A stretch of DNA of 62,663 nucleotides, filler included, from Rhabdomonas costata (lineage: Eukaryota): NCBI GenBank assembly GCA_019059605.1. It is 33 parts of 33 records of this genome, joined end to end, with 100 filler letters (N's around TTAATTAATTAA, not from the genome) between each part and the next. Parts side by side here need not be neighbours in the genome. Positions count along the whole stretch, not along the records: positions 1 to 1,803 come from JAHMHO010008814.1; positions 1,904 to 3,704 come from JAHMHO010008815.1; positions 3,805 to 5,597 come from JAHMHO010008816.1; positions 5,698 to 7,501 come from JAHMHO010008817.1; positions 7,602 to 9,403 come from JAHMHO010008818.1; positions 9,504 to 11,306 come from JAHMHO010008819.1; positions 11,407 to 13,209 come from JAHMHO010008820.1; 26 more parts are not named here. The stretch is one strand, 5' to 3'. Below, one piece after another: positions 1 through 11,843 of this stretch. The number at the start of each line of letters is the position of its first letter. Position 1 is the first letter of the stretch. The position numbers were made by a program, and so were the translations under genes. The notes below the pieces were generated by a model, which saw only the letters and a list, made by a program, of their open reading frames with translations, was not told the DNA's origin and did no database searches.

Positions 1-109
1 CACTGGGTTGGATATAGCTGACGTCGAGAACCCTCCCGTTTCACTTCAGCGTCAACTTCCGTTTCTTTCAGGTTTGGGCCATTTCTGTTTTCCTCCTCGT
101 GTTTCCCAG

Positions 110-1803
110 CTCATTGGGGACTGTATCATGGCGATGTGGAATGCGCCGCGACGGCTGGAGGGTCATCAGGCCGCCGCATGCCGAGCGGCGCTGAGAATGC
201 AGGGTGCCCTGGTCAAGCTGAACGAGCGGTGGTCCGCGGAGGCCATGATGGAATTGAAGTGCGGCCAAAGTTTTTTTTTAATTCGTCTCCTTTTTTTTTC
301 CTCTCTCTCAAAAATGGCGGTTTAGGAGCTCGTTGGCAAATTGGTGGGCATCCACGCCATCGTTGGCCGGCCTTTTTGTTTACAGCTACTAGACCGAAGT
401 CGATAAAAGCTATCTATATCGCGCGGTGGTTCGTTTTGCTGCCTGAGCTGGGGATTTGCCCTGTTGTCAGGGTGCGGACTGGCATCAACACGGCCCGCGT
501 GTTCGTTGGGAATTGCGGGTGCGACTACCGCCTCCACTACACTGCCATTGGTAGCAACGTCGCTTTTTCTTTCTTGCCATAGTACTCAAGGCATTGGCTG
601 TTTCTCACAAACCCCAGCTCCATCGCTCCATACCCAAAGGAACGTTCTGAAATGAAACACTTGGGCAGCACAGCTCAGCCCTCGAAAGAATACCAGGAAT
701 AAAGCGCGGTAAGAGCGGGTAACCGCTAACAGTGGGGAGCGTTCGGGGCCGGGCGGAAGTGATCCGTTTTCTGCATGACATGTGCGCGCGTGAGCGTGTG
801 GGTGTTGATGATTCAGGTGACGGAGTGAACCTCGCCAGCCGACTGGAGTCGTCAAACAAGGCTGCGATGTTTGCTTCTGCCTTTGATCTGCATTTTTGTT
901 GCATCTCTCCTGCATCACGCTATTTTATACGTGTGAAAAAAGCGTACTCCTCGTTCGGAGTGTGTAGTTGGTACCACAACGTTGCAGAACCCTCGAGGTT
1001 GTTGAAGGAGTGGAACCTTTTTTACTTGGCTCGTATCGTTGCCCCTGTCGGTACTAATGGGTTTCCTTCCTCGTTATATGTATCAAGGAGCTTTTTATAA
1101 CAGCATCTGGCGATCCTATCGCCACCTTTGCCACCACCGGCACTGGGCCTGGGGCCACTGAATTGAATTGAACCAAGGCGCAATGTGTGTGTGCGCGTGT
1201 GTTTCTGTGGCTCGGTGTTGTTGTGTGTCGGTCGACAGGGTTGAGTGCAGGGGTTGGAACGGGGTGTCCGGGGTTTAACTGACAGTGTGTCCAAAGCTTG
1301 CTCCTCGATGTCTGCCTGGCTGTTTCCCGTGGCTCTCATGCTCTCACTCTGTCACTTATATGTTCCAGTCAGGATGGACAGAAACCGCGCCCGCATTCCT
1401 TGCAGGTTGTCCCTTTTTGCCGTGATTTTCCGTGTTTTTTTTCCCCGCGAAAGGTCTAGAACAGAGTGTGTGCTGTAGGCCCCACCCCGAACAAATGGAC
1501 AGTGCAAACCATCGAGATTACATAGCTTTTCGTATTGTTGCCCTTTTTGGTACTGAATATTTTCGTTCTTCGTAAAAATAGGCCTTTGGGACGGTGGTGA
1601 TGGTCTCAAGCAACACCGCGGAGGGCGCGGCGAAGGAGTTCCACTTCCGGCAGCTGGGCCGTGTGGTGGTCCCGGGCAAGGCCCAGACTGTGGTGGTGTA
1701 CGAGCTGCTGTTCGAGCAAGACGAGCCTGGCACCCCCACGCAAGGCTCCGAGCCCGGTGTGCCGATTGCGCGCGATTACGCTCGGACGTGCCAACGTGCC
1801 AAC
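110..1803 (+). CDS. Class III adenylate/guanylate cyclase catalytic domain (class IIIb-like), partial; exons 110-258, 471-550, 817-860, 1582-1803
   Basis: Spliced exons join in phase: LIGDCIMAMWNAP..HQAAACRAALRMQ..K|VRTGINTARVFVGNCG..RLHYTAIG|DGVNLASRLESSNK|AFGTVVMVS..RQLGRVVVPGK..VVVYELL. Metal-binding GD and the NxASR motif are present. Introns are GT-AG (259-470), GT-AG (551-816) and GC-AG (861-1581). Confidence 0.93.
1270..1472 (+). repeat. Dispersed repeat, copy 1 (inside the GC-AG intron of the cyclase gene)
   Basis: Nearly collinear with 40840-41075 on another contig (AGTGTGTCCAAAGCTT..CTCCTCGATGT..TTCCCGTGGCTCTCATGCTCTC..GGACAGAAACCGCGCC..CATTCCTTGCAGGTTGT). Boundaries approximate. 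Confidence 0.88.
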
Positions 1804-1903
1804 NNNNNNNNNNNNNNNNNNNNNNNNNNNNNNNNNNNNNNNNNNNNTTAATTAATTAANNNNNNNNNNNNNNNNNNNNNNNNNNNNNNNNNNNNNNNNN
1901 NNN
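1804..1903. other. Artificial contig linker (first of 32)
   Basis: 44 N + TTAATTAATTAA + 44 N. The others start at 3705, 5598, 7502, 9404, 11307, 13210, 15113, 17014, 18918, 20821, 22724, 24627, 26532, 28435, 30337, 32240, 34142, 36044, 37946, 39848, 41751, 43653, 45555, 47457, 49359, 51257, 53159, 55061, 56962, 58863, 60764. Confidence 0.99.
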
Positions 1904-2349
1904 CAACTTGAAACCCATCAGCTCGAACCTTTATGAAGGTCCTCGTGAACGGTAACGGTTTGTGGGAAGCCAGCAATCGCATCGGACAGTTTTTCTTTCA
2001 CCCTTTTTGACATTCCCCTTTACCCACCCCTCTCTCCCTGTTGTGATTTAATGCTGCTTTTTGCGGTGTTTACCATTCATTTGCTCTCTCTGTTTTGTTC
2101 TTCTGCCTTGCCTGTTTTACCACTGCCTGGTACTTCTGTAGTTCAATGTTTCCTTCTTGTGTCGTTTTCGTGGCCACTTGTTTCTGTGCAATGCTGCATT
2201 GTTGAAGAACAGCAACACATGAAAAATCGGCCCCGATACGCGGTATTCTCAATTTTTAAAGTGGCTGTGTTGCAACTTTACGGTTCTGAAAGTACTGATG
2301 GGACTATGGGCCCCTATTTCAAAGCACCAGCCATTCCAATGAAGAGAGG

Positions 2350-3390
2350 CACGGGTGGGATGGCAGACCCATTGGCGGGAACAACACGGTACGCGCAGTC
2401 CGTGGGGGTGAGCATCAGGGTGGTTGGCTGTCCTCCGGGCAGTGCGAGGCGGAAGGTCAGCCGCGTGTAGCCCCTCACGGACTGCACAAAGCTAAAATCT
2501 GAGGAGGGTTAGGGAAGGAAACACAAAAAAAAACAGCCCAGGACAACGTCAGCTGCTGACAGATCCATGCTGTGTTCATCTTCTGTTGGTTCTTTTGGGG
2601 GTCACGTCGGCGTGCCAACAGTGGTGGTCGACCCAGCGGGCAATTGGAACCCGACCCCTGGGCCCAAAACACAAATTTGATGACCCACATCGACACGAGA
2701 ACTTGCTTCTGTGGCAAAAAGCTACCTTCTGCGGATGTAAGCACAAGGAGCTACCTCAGCGAATGGAGCAGTACGGAAGAAAGCTGCGATGCAAGGTTGA
2801 CTATTTTCTGAAGAGGACTCGAATTCCCCTCCGACGGCCCCGTCGGGCTTCAGCCGCTTGACGGTCCACTCCATGCCTCGTCGTATGCCTTGTCGTTCTC
2901 TCTCTATCTTGTCATGCAGAGTTGACCGTCTCCCCATATCGTTCACATGTGCATCGCCCGAGTGCGCGCGCACGAAGACAAGTGCACATCGCACCTCCGA
3001 TTTGCACAGAGGGGTTGCCTGACAAGAAGCCTCCGGGGATGTACGAGAGCCGCACTAGCACTGCGCCAGGACTGCGGATGTTCAGGGTGAGCCCGGTCAG
3101 GGTGACGTTGACCGTGGGGCGGAGCTCCACCGTGAACTCCGAGCCGTACGTCACTGCCGTGGAGCTCAGCACGGCCACCCGCTCTGCGGCGAAAGGGCGA
3201 ACACGAGGTGGGCGTGCAACGCTCTCGTTGGAAAGGTTTGATGCATGCAGGTTTGGAGAACAACTTGTCAGCCGAAGCACACCGAATCCAGAATCGAGTG
3301 AGTCACCGGTTCGGACCGGGAATCGCAGGTACCTGACCCCCGCCGACAGCTCTGGATTTCGAATTCCATGTGGTACCTTCTCTCTGGGCT
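2350..3390 (-). CDS. Probable internal exons of an unidentified, possibly extracellular beta-rich protein
   Basis: GC-rich coding-like blocks ending in GT donors, e.g. VAVLSSTAVTYGSEFTVELRPTVNVTLTGLTLNIRSPGAVLVRLSYIPGG and GYTRLTFRLALPGGQPTTLMLTP. No family recognised and the junctions are uncertain. Confidence 0.3.
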
Positions 3391-4200
3391 GTGCATCGCG
3401 CTCTCCCGTTTAGCATATATGTCTGTGATTGTGCACTGGAAATAAAGAAGACCTTGCACCACCATCGCCCTGTGATATTTGACATAAAGGACACAAAGGA
3501 TTCAGAAACTTGGGAATTGGTGGTGACCTCGTGAGGGACACATTCTCATTGATGGAACTACCTTTTCCACTCGCAAAAGAAAAAGGTAAGCGAGCATTCT
3601 CCAACCTCACCATCTCTTTCATTCTGCCCGACCTATATTCCTGTTTTCTCAAATGCATTCACGCTCAGCACCAAAAACAACAACAACCCAAACACACCCC
3701 CACANNNNNNNNNNNNNNNNNNNNNNNNNNNNNNNNNNNNNNNNNNNNTTAATTAATTAANNNNNNNNNNNNNNNNNNNNNNNNNNNNNNNNNNNNNNNN
3801 NNNNTGTCGGGGGGGGGGGTGCTTTCAGCAGCAAGGGCCTCTTCGAGATGGACCAATCTGTTCAATCAAATTACTAGGACAGTAGGAGTAGGAAACAAAG
3901 CAAGCAACGAAGGAGAGGAGTGAAGAGTGGGAGCTGAACGGATGTGAATAAGTCGTCGTTCTAGCTATGCTCTGAACGTGTTCTATTCCTACAATGCTAA
4001 ACTGTCTCCGGAAAATAATTTTTCTTCCATTTTGAGCAGGCCTTCCACTTACCCAATGGAAATTGGGGGGGGGGGGGGTTTAACAAAAATCTGGCGTAAA
4101 ATTCATGCCAAAATAACTAAAAACGGTCACGTGAAACATGCCAGCACTCTCGATAGACTTTTTTGTGAGGGTGCCCCCTAGAAGATTGTTTTTGCTTAAT

Positions 4201-4270
4201 GTTACCAGTTACCGTTACCAGCGGTAAGGGGGGAGTGTTTACCAGTGGGAGTGGTTACCGTTACCACTCT
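4201..4270. repeat. Cluster of GTTACC/GGTAA motifs
   Basis: GTTACCAGTTACCGTTACCAGCGGTAAG...GTTTACCAG...GGTTACCGTTACCAC read directly from the sequence. Confidence 0.6.
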
Positions 4271-5697
4271 CCTCCCCCCCACCTTCCATTGCACCCTTCC
4301 ACTCAAGCACTTGCGGTGAGTTGTCCCTGCGACTGCAGCATGGCTTATGACTTGGGAGCCACCTTGGCGCTTTGCCACTGAGCATGGCTTTGGCGTTGGA
4401 CAGCAGATGTTGCACCCACAGCACCGCTAGCATTGACGGCCCGAGGATGGGAAAGCGGTACAATGGGGTTGAACGTCATGTATCAGGATATTGGGAAACA
4501 GAGCACAAACCTCACTGAGATGCACGAAAACCCCTGTGGTGCAGCCCACTGAGACGTTGCCCACCTTGGACATGGCAGAGACAAAGACCAGGTGGCACTG
4601 GCAATGCTTGGGCGTCAGCCTAAGCGAAGACAGCAGCGGAAAGTGACAAGGAGAAGTGCATTCGGGGTGCAAGCAAGCTGAGCAGATCTACTTCGAGCAC
4701 GAAAAGGAGCTGCAAGCATACCCCGGGCGGGGTAACAACAAAGGTTTGGGTTTCCGGTTTTCTTTTTCTTTACGTTTTAGGTGTTATGTCAAAAGTTTTA
4801 CATTCTACTAGAACTGCACCGTTTCGAACTTTTACCCGCTGCTTTTGTTAAGTTATGCAATCTCTTGATGATGTTGAAGGAGTGTTTCGATTTACGGTAT
4901 GGACTGCTAAAGACTTTCTGTTGACGGAACGCTTCTTGCCAAAGAGGGATGACAGACTTGCCCTCACCTGCTTGTTTTCTTGCCCTGTCCCCGAAATCCA
5001 AATCGCGGTTTCCATCGACCCAAAAGAATAAAAAGGCGAGGAAAGAATAAAAAGGTGAGAGAAGAAAACATAGGACGCACTGCAGGTCCCGAATTTCTGA
5101 GAAGCCCCGAGAGTGCAGCTCCCGAGTCAGAAGCTGCGTGGCTCTGCTGCGGCAGACAAGGAAGGGGTACGCCCGTCGCTCCTGAGAGAGGTGTATCCGA
5201 AAAAAGGGAGAATAGTGAAGGGCAAGGAGTCAAGGAGTCAAGCTCGAGCGCTTTCATAACGCCACTCCATCTCACGCGCGCACACGCACGCACGCTGGGT
5301 GCGAAAGGTAAACGTACATGGCTGGGGTCTCGAACAGTCGCGAGACTTATGAAGATCATTGAAAAAGGTCTTTCACCACCCACAAACGCGCACACACATA
5401 CACACTAGACGAACAAGCCTTTGCTTTGATGGAGGTCTTTTCAGCTTCCAGCAAGGCTTTCGAATGTTTTCCGGCTACCGCAGGTTTTCATTCACTCACT
5501 CACGCATGAACATGAACCGGTGGAAGGTCGAGCTCAGTTGAGCAGCAGAAGAGGTGGTCCTTCATCCTCGCACAAGGTGGGCAGAACCACACCCCACNNN
5601 NNNNNNNNNNNNNNNNNNNNNNNNNNNNNNNNNNNNNNNNNTTAATTAATTAANNNNNNNNNNNNNNNNNNNNNNNNNNNNNNNNNNNNNNNNNNNN

Positions 5698-5714
5698 GTG
5701 GTGGGTGTGTTTGG
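5698..5714 (+). other. Whole-genome-amplification primer remnant
   Basis: GTGGTGGGTGTGTTTGG at a contig start. Its exact reverse complement ends another contig (34125-34141), with near copies at 3688-3704 and 18901-18917. Confidence 0.8.
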
Positions 5715-5733
5715 TTGGGGGGGGGGCAAGTAC

Positions 5734-6904
5734 CTTCTCTCGGATGGGAGACACCAGACTGATGTACATCTCGCCAGGAACAGTGACCAACAGTGGACCC
5801 CAGGCCATCTCCCCAGATGACAGCGTAGTGGCCAAAACAAACTCCGACCTCTGGCGAAAGTCAGGCCACCAAAAATCACACATGTACCTCCCCAAGAAGC
5901 ATCGACTCTCCGGATAAACCACCTTCGAGGTTTGAGGGTCCAATTCGTAAATTGTGTTGGTGGAGGTGCTGCCATTGTAGATCTGTGCAAAGGAAATACT
6001 GCCCATCTCCGCACCCTGCAAAAGCCGCAAGGCCATTCCAGAAAGAGCGTCTACCAGCGTGGCACCATAAGTAATCTCAAGGCTCAGCGAGGAAAAAACC
6101 TGTGAAAAAAACAATGTAATCATACCACGGTTGGGAAAAGAAAACGACCCAAATAATTCCTGCATTGGAGCCGGGACTGGGTGGTATCTTGCCCGCGAAC
6201 CTGAAATCTCTCCCTCCTGAAACGTTGTCCCAATTGGTACTACACGTTTGACATTCGTGTGAACGAGAGAGGACAAGGTGAGCGGCACAGTAAGGAGAAA
6301 GGAGAAAAGGAGGAAAAAGAGACAAAAATGCACCAAGCCTCTCTTCCAACAAAAGGACAGTTACCTCTCTCCCAATCTCCAGCATATCAGGAAACACAGA
6401 AATGTTCAGCCCGAAATCAGATATGTGCTTCAGCGTCATTCTGGACGCAGTCACCACCGTGCCCAGCTGCGCCTCCAGCTGCTCCTCCATAAGGTCAAGG
6501 TCTCGGCTCATCAGCGCAGAGGCCATCTCACTGATCTGAAGTGTTGTAAAGTCAGATAGCTCGCTCTCCTCGGCCAGGGAGCTGTTGGTGAGGTTGTCCA
6601 CCATCTGCAGGGTGTCCGAGGAAAGCTTTGAAAGAATAGTCTCCGAGTCCGTCTGTATCTCCAGCATGGATTCTTTCAGGATAGCTTGCAGTTCTAAGAC
6701 AACTCCGTGAGTGGAAGTGATTAGCACGGCAGCCACCGATGCGGCGGTCACTACCACAACCATCGCGAAGCATAAGATGATGCAAAGCCGGATGGAGAGT
6801 AGACATTGGGGTCGCTCCTGGGTTGGGGTGTTGCTGACGTTGGGCAAGCGGGCTGCGACGGCCGAATGGGGACTGCGAAGACTGGGATCGAGGACGGGTT
6901 GCAT
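5734..6904 (-). CDS. N-terminal part of a membrane receptor (TM helix, long helical stalk, Cache-like sensor); probably a nucleotide cyclase. Exons about 6904-6334 and 6099-5734
   Basis: ATG at 6904 follows a pyrimidine tract and AG. LSIRLCIILCFAMVVVVTAASVAAVLI is a TM helix followed by an amphipathic helical region. The later exon has DFRQRSEF..AWGPLLV..MYISLVSPI, resembling the dCache pocket pattern. No catalytic domain on this contig and the middle exon is unresolved. Confidence 0.55.
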
Positions 6905-9900
6905 GTTCTTTTGGTGGTGCGCAGAAAAGACAAAAAATGAAGAATAATAATTTGTTCCAGTCTGAAAAAGAGTATACAACATTTCAACATTGAGTTTTTG
7001 GGGAAGGTTTTCTTGTCTTAAAGCGTTCACGATTTTTGGAAATCGTTGTCTTTGGACCAAAAATTGCAAATGGACGTTATATCGAAAAAAAAAATAGGAA
7101 GCTTGTGGCTCCAGCTGTGGTCAATTTTGACAGCACCGTTGCTTTAAATAGCTTACAAGACCGTCAAAAGGTTGTTCATTTGCATGGTGTTCATAATAAG
7201 CTCTCCCAAGCGCCGAGCAGGTCAATTCACAACAGAATAGTCATCAAATGAAACAGTCATACAAAAGAGGCGGTTTTAAGCGTGCTTTTGACCAGTTGCA
7301 TGAAGAATGAGAAAATAATGAATTGGCTGCCTGACAAAGAGTATGCAGCATCAAACGGTGGTTGGGAACTGGTGTGCGCGCATGCCTTTCACTTCAACCC
7401 CCCGAGGAGCAGTCTTGCCTCACGTTGTTAGTTGTTAGAAACCGATGGCAGCGCAAAGGAAAACCATGCAGTGGTGGGAGACGACCAACAACACCCACCA
7501 CNNNNNNNNNNNNNNNNNNNNNNNNNNNNNNNNNNNNNNNNNNNNTTAATTAATTAANNNNNNNNNNNNNNNNNNNNNNNNNNNNNNNNNNNNNNNNNNN
7601 NGGTTGGGGGTGCGCGTTGCATCTCTTTTTTATGGAGGATCAACCTCTTTGCGTTTTGACTGTGGTGTCATGGTGGCAGGTTGGTCAGCGGACACGGCTT
7701 TGGCTTTTTGCATTACCTTCTCAAAAAATGGCAACTGTTAAGTGTGAGGTTAGTAAAAGGTTGGTGTCCGCTTGTGTTGACATCAGTTTACATAGTTCGA
7801 GTTCTGACTCAGACTGTCCGCTCACTCGTATTGTTCTGTGTACTGTGATTTGCAGGAGTGCACGGCGGCATTCAAGCTCCCTGAGCACACAGCGGCGCAA
7901 GTCTGGAGGATTCCGGGTCTCGGACTCCGCGTCCCTTCGTGCGCTGTAACACCGATTTTTATGCAGAAGCATCTTGCCCAAGGTGCACGATGGTGACCAT
8001 GGCCTGCTGTCCAATGTCTGTGGTTTGGGGTTTGGGTGCGCGTTGCCTCTCTTTTTCAAGGAAATCTCCCTTTCTTTGCGCGGTCTTCAGTTCTTCTGCA
8101 CAAGCCTCCAGACGCATCACCTGCGTATATTTGTGGCGTTGAGGCACCCTGCATTCTTCTCAGGATTCAGGATTCACCTCTGCAGAAACCATTGCTGTCT
8201 TTGTTCTGCCCTGTTGTATGTCTGTCTGTTCGTGTTTATTGAATGTCTCGTTCTCGTTACCGTCTGTTTCTTACGGAGAAAACGTTTTGCTGGGTCCCCG
8301 ATACCCTGTGCTCTCCCAGCCGCTCCCTGCGGAGAGTCCTTCATCTAACCCATTCTTTGCCTGAAAAGTGTATTCTGAAGGACATGTGAAAGATCATACC
8401 CCAGGGCTAGTCGTGTTTTCCTGGTTTTTGTTTGCAATTGGGGGGGATCCGAGAACGGGGAAATGCGGATCGAGCCTTACCCACTCGCATTTTTTCATTT
8501 GATCTGTCACCTTGCACCTGATCCCCACATCTTATGAATTTTGTGTCCTTTTTTTGAAAACCAAACTTTGAGGTGTTTATCCGATACCGGGGTGGGCGAG
8601 ACTGATTTGTACGAACCTACTTATTGTGCCGCTACTGAAATCAAGAGACGGGGCAAACCGAATACTGGGCTAGGCGTGTTGAGGCATTGGCAATACCGTG
8701 TTGCACCATAGGCCGCTGGTCGAGGATGAAGGGCTGGATCTGACATCTGGCTGCACATCTGGCTGCATTTTTGGTGCGAACGAGAACGTGTCAACTCGAA
8801 GGAAACTCCGCCAACGAGCCGGCCCCAGAAGCGAGGGCCAGCGTCCCAAGAAACCCACATCTGCGCCAGTCACTGGTCCCCCGTCCATAAAAGACCGGTT
8901 TCCACGACCAGTGCAGGAACGAAAAAACTTCGCTATGTTCACCGCCGTGGGCCGCGGATGTCTCGGAAGGTGGTGGTGGTAAGCTTCCCACCGGGTCAGG
9001 AAGGCCTTCCCGCGGTATATGGCTGGGTGGTGAAGGCGGGGTCCGCGGATCCTCCGGGTGACGGCTCCGAACCCCAAGGCGCGCGACGTCGACCTGCGCC
9101 CGGGAGCAGCTTTTGAACTCTCAGGAAAAGACCAAACCGTCCCCTACAGGAAATGTCATTCCGAAGTTTGCGCTTGCTTTCGATTCTACGGAAGGACTTC
9201 GTGGGCGATGAAAAACCTGCAAACGACAGAAGGCGACGAAATAATTCCTTCCCCCGGTCTTCGCGCAAGAACTTTACAGGTGTTCACCCCCACCCAAAAG
9301 GCTTCAACACCCGGACGGATCGCACAAGGTAAGGCCGCAAGCCCGGTCCCATACGAAGTGCCGCGGCCAAGCCTGTTCCCAACCAATTTCCAGAATGCAA
9401 GGCNNNNNNNNNNNNNNNNNNNNNNNNNNNNNNNNNNNNNNNNNNNNTTAATTAATTAANNNNNNNNNNNNNNNNNNNNNNNNNNNNNNNNNNNNNNNNN
9501 NNNATCGGACTGATACCCGCTGGCCGAAACCCGCGTTTCCTGCGGAAACTGTGGAAACCACCGAGTGAAAACGAAAGCACGATGCTATATTTGTGGTAGA
9601 AGACTTGCAGGGGTCAGGTTGCGACGCACGTGTTTCCAGCGATGAACAGCTGTTTTTCATCTTGTCCAGGATATCTTGGGCCGTGGAGCGCAGCGTAGCA
9701 CCAAGCCCAAGATCATAGGTGCTTTCTTAAGACGCGTATATTTGTAGGTTTCCGTTGGAATAGCCGGTTTCAGTCGCGGTAGCGGGTTTGGACCAGCGGG
9801 TATTAGACCGATCCCCCCCTACGGGACCCCCCCCCCGCAACTCCACGTGTCTCGCCTGTTTGCGTTCATCGCGATCTAACCCCTGCGAGACCAAATAACC

Positions 9901-10229
9901 TCATCTTGGGGCACTCATCCTCCAGCACCCAAGATCTTGGGCTCCCTGGGCTGCGGTCCGCGGCCCAACACATCCCGATCATCGGAAAACACATGTGTAT
10001 ATATGATGACCCCACCCCTGGACGAACGTCGTTTTTGGCCGATAACTGCCCGTAAGCCGCGTGTCCCCGAAGTAAAATGGAGCTTTGGTGCCTGACCGTT
10101 CAAGAATGATGCCAAACACCAGGCTTGTGAGTCAGCCGTTGAAGGTCGCTCATAAAAACCATAAATTAGGGCACAGGAGCTCGGCTTTTTGAAATCGGCA
10201 AGTTCTTAAAAAGGGTTGCCGCCCTGCAG

Positions 10230-10579
10230 TGACCAAGGTGTGGCCTCCTGAAGTGCACGGAGCCGCTTGCAGTGTGCCTCCGCGGTGCATCCGCCGTTGT
10301 GTTCGTGATTACTGTCCAGGGACTGCGTTGCTGGTGCGATTCCTTCCGGCGTGGGTGGACAAGCTGTTCCTGTACGAGCTGTTTGCCTGCTTTGGCGGGA
10401 TCACCGGCATTGACGTCAGGACCACGGCAAGCTCCCGCCGCGGTGGGCCCCCCTGCCACACCGCTGTGGTGCAGTTTGTCACTTCCGAGGCCGCCCGTGA
10501 CGCGCTCGCCGCGACCTACAACCGGGTTATCTGGGGCATCCGCCTGCACGTCTCCCTGTACCGCTCCGCTGCGGGTTGA
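10230..10579 (+). CDS. RRM-domain protein, terminal exon
   Basis: CTGCAG acceptor at 10229. ALLVRFLPAWVDKLFLYELFACFGGITGIDV..TAVVQFVTSEAARDALAATYNRVIWGIRLHVSLY matches the RRM pattern. TGA stop. Confidence 0.85.
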
Positions 10580-11702
10580 GATTTTGTAAGGGGAGGGGCG
10601 CCCTTAAGCGTTAAGCGGAGGGGTTCGCTGCCGTAGCAGTTTAGGTAGTAATTGGGAAGTGTCTGCATCCATTGTCTTTGGGATTGAAAGGGAGGTTCTG
10701 TGGTCCTTCTTTGGTGGTGGTGAGCTGAGGACACAGGGAGCTGGGTAAAGTGAAGTGGTTGTCTTTGCGTGCCTGCGGGCGGGACTGTGTGGATTGTTTT
10801 TTTCATGTGTTGGGATTTCGAGGGGTCCGCGGTTTTTCCATATGGTGTCGTTTTTTTCCCATGAAAACGGGGATGCCAAGGGTGCGTCGACTCCAAACTG
10901 CAAATGGTGCAGAGAGCCATTTCTTCCATGATCTGCGGGACTTTTTTGTGTGGCATTGGTTTCTGATAGAACTCGGGGGGCGGATCCCAGTTCAAAGTTT
11001 ACACTCTTTTTCATATTGCTCTCGTGACGGTTCTTCATTTACGCCTTTCTTTCCTTTTGAAGCGAGCCTCTCGAGGGCAGGGTTCCTCTGGCTTTTTGTC
11101 CCATCTTGAGGAAACTTTCCCAGGAGCAGCGGATGAAAGAACTCTGTTCTGTTGCTTCTTCCATTGATTGCCGGGGGGAATGCGTTCTCTTCCTACTCGT
11201 TCTCGACTTTGCTCTTCCAGCTGAAGTTTTCCCTTGTACCACAGGGTGACGGCTGCTGGAAGAGCAAAGTCGAGAACGAGTAGGAAGAGAACGCATACCC
11301 CCCACCNNNNNNNNNNNNNNNNNNNNNNNNNNNNNNNNNNNNNNNNNNNNTTAATTAATTAANNNNNNNNNNNNNNNNNNNNNNNNNNNNNNNNNNNNNN
11401 NNNNNNGGTGGGGTGGGTCTTCTGAAGGTGTTTGTCTGTGTGTTGGTGGGCGAAGGAGTGCTGCCATTGGGGTGGAAGTGCTGTGGCAAATGAATTTTTC
11501 ATTGTATCGACTGTACAACTGCTGCACCTCTGGCATCCGAGTGGTTAGGAATGTCTGTCTGTTGCTTGGGCCATTTTGGGGGCACAGCACGCACAGCTCG
11601 GCCGGTGCCTGCTCCTCTCTCTCTCTCTCTTTCTCTCCTTTCATGTGGTGCTATCGCTGCCCCCTAGTTTCCACTATGAGTTTTTTCACGTGTATGTGGA
11701 AG

Positions 11703-11843
11703 GGTCGGACCATCGAGGTTGGGGGGCTGGGGCTGATCCCCCACGAGACGGGAGTATACGTGCCCCCGGAGCAGTTCTACAGCGTGGACGCGCTTCCCCA
11801 GGAGTGGATGCAGCTTGTTCTGGGCACCAGGCCGTGCACCACC
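11703..11843 (+). CDS. Isolated internal exon, unknown protein
   Basis: AG|GGT...ACC|GTGCGT, 141 nt, phase 0, GC3-rich: GRTIEVGGLGLIPHETGVYVPPEQFYSVDALPQEWMQLVLGTRPCTT. Confidence 0.5.

Noticed and set aside
3680-3704. C/A-rich contig ends as telomeric repeats
   Set aside because: No fixed unit such as TTAGGG. They are present on most contigs and match a G/T-only amplification primer.
7608-8066. Diverged 30-bp direct repeat about 425 bp apart
   Set aside because: Too short and lying at a contig edge. No element or gene structure could be built on it.
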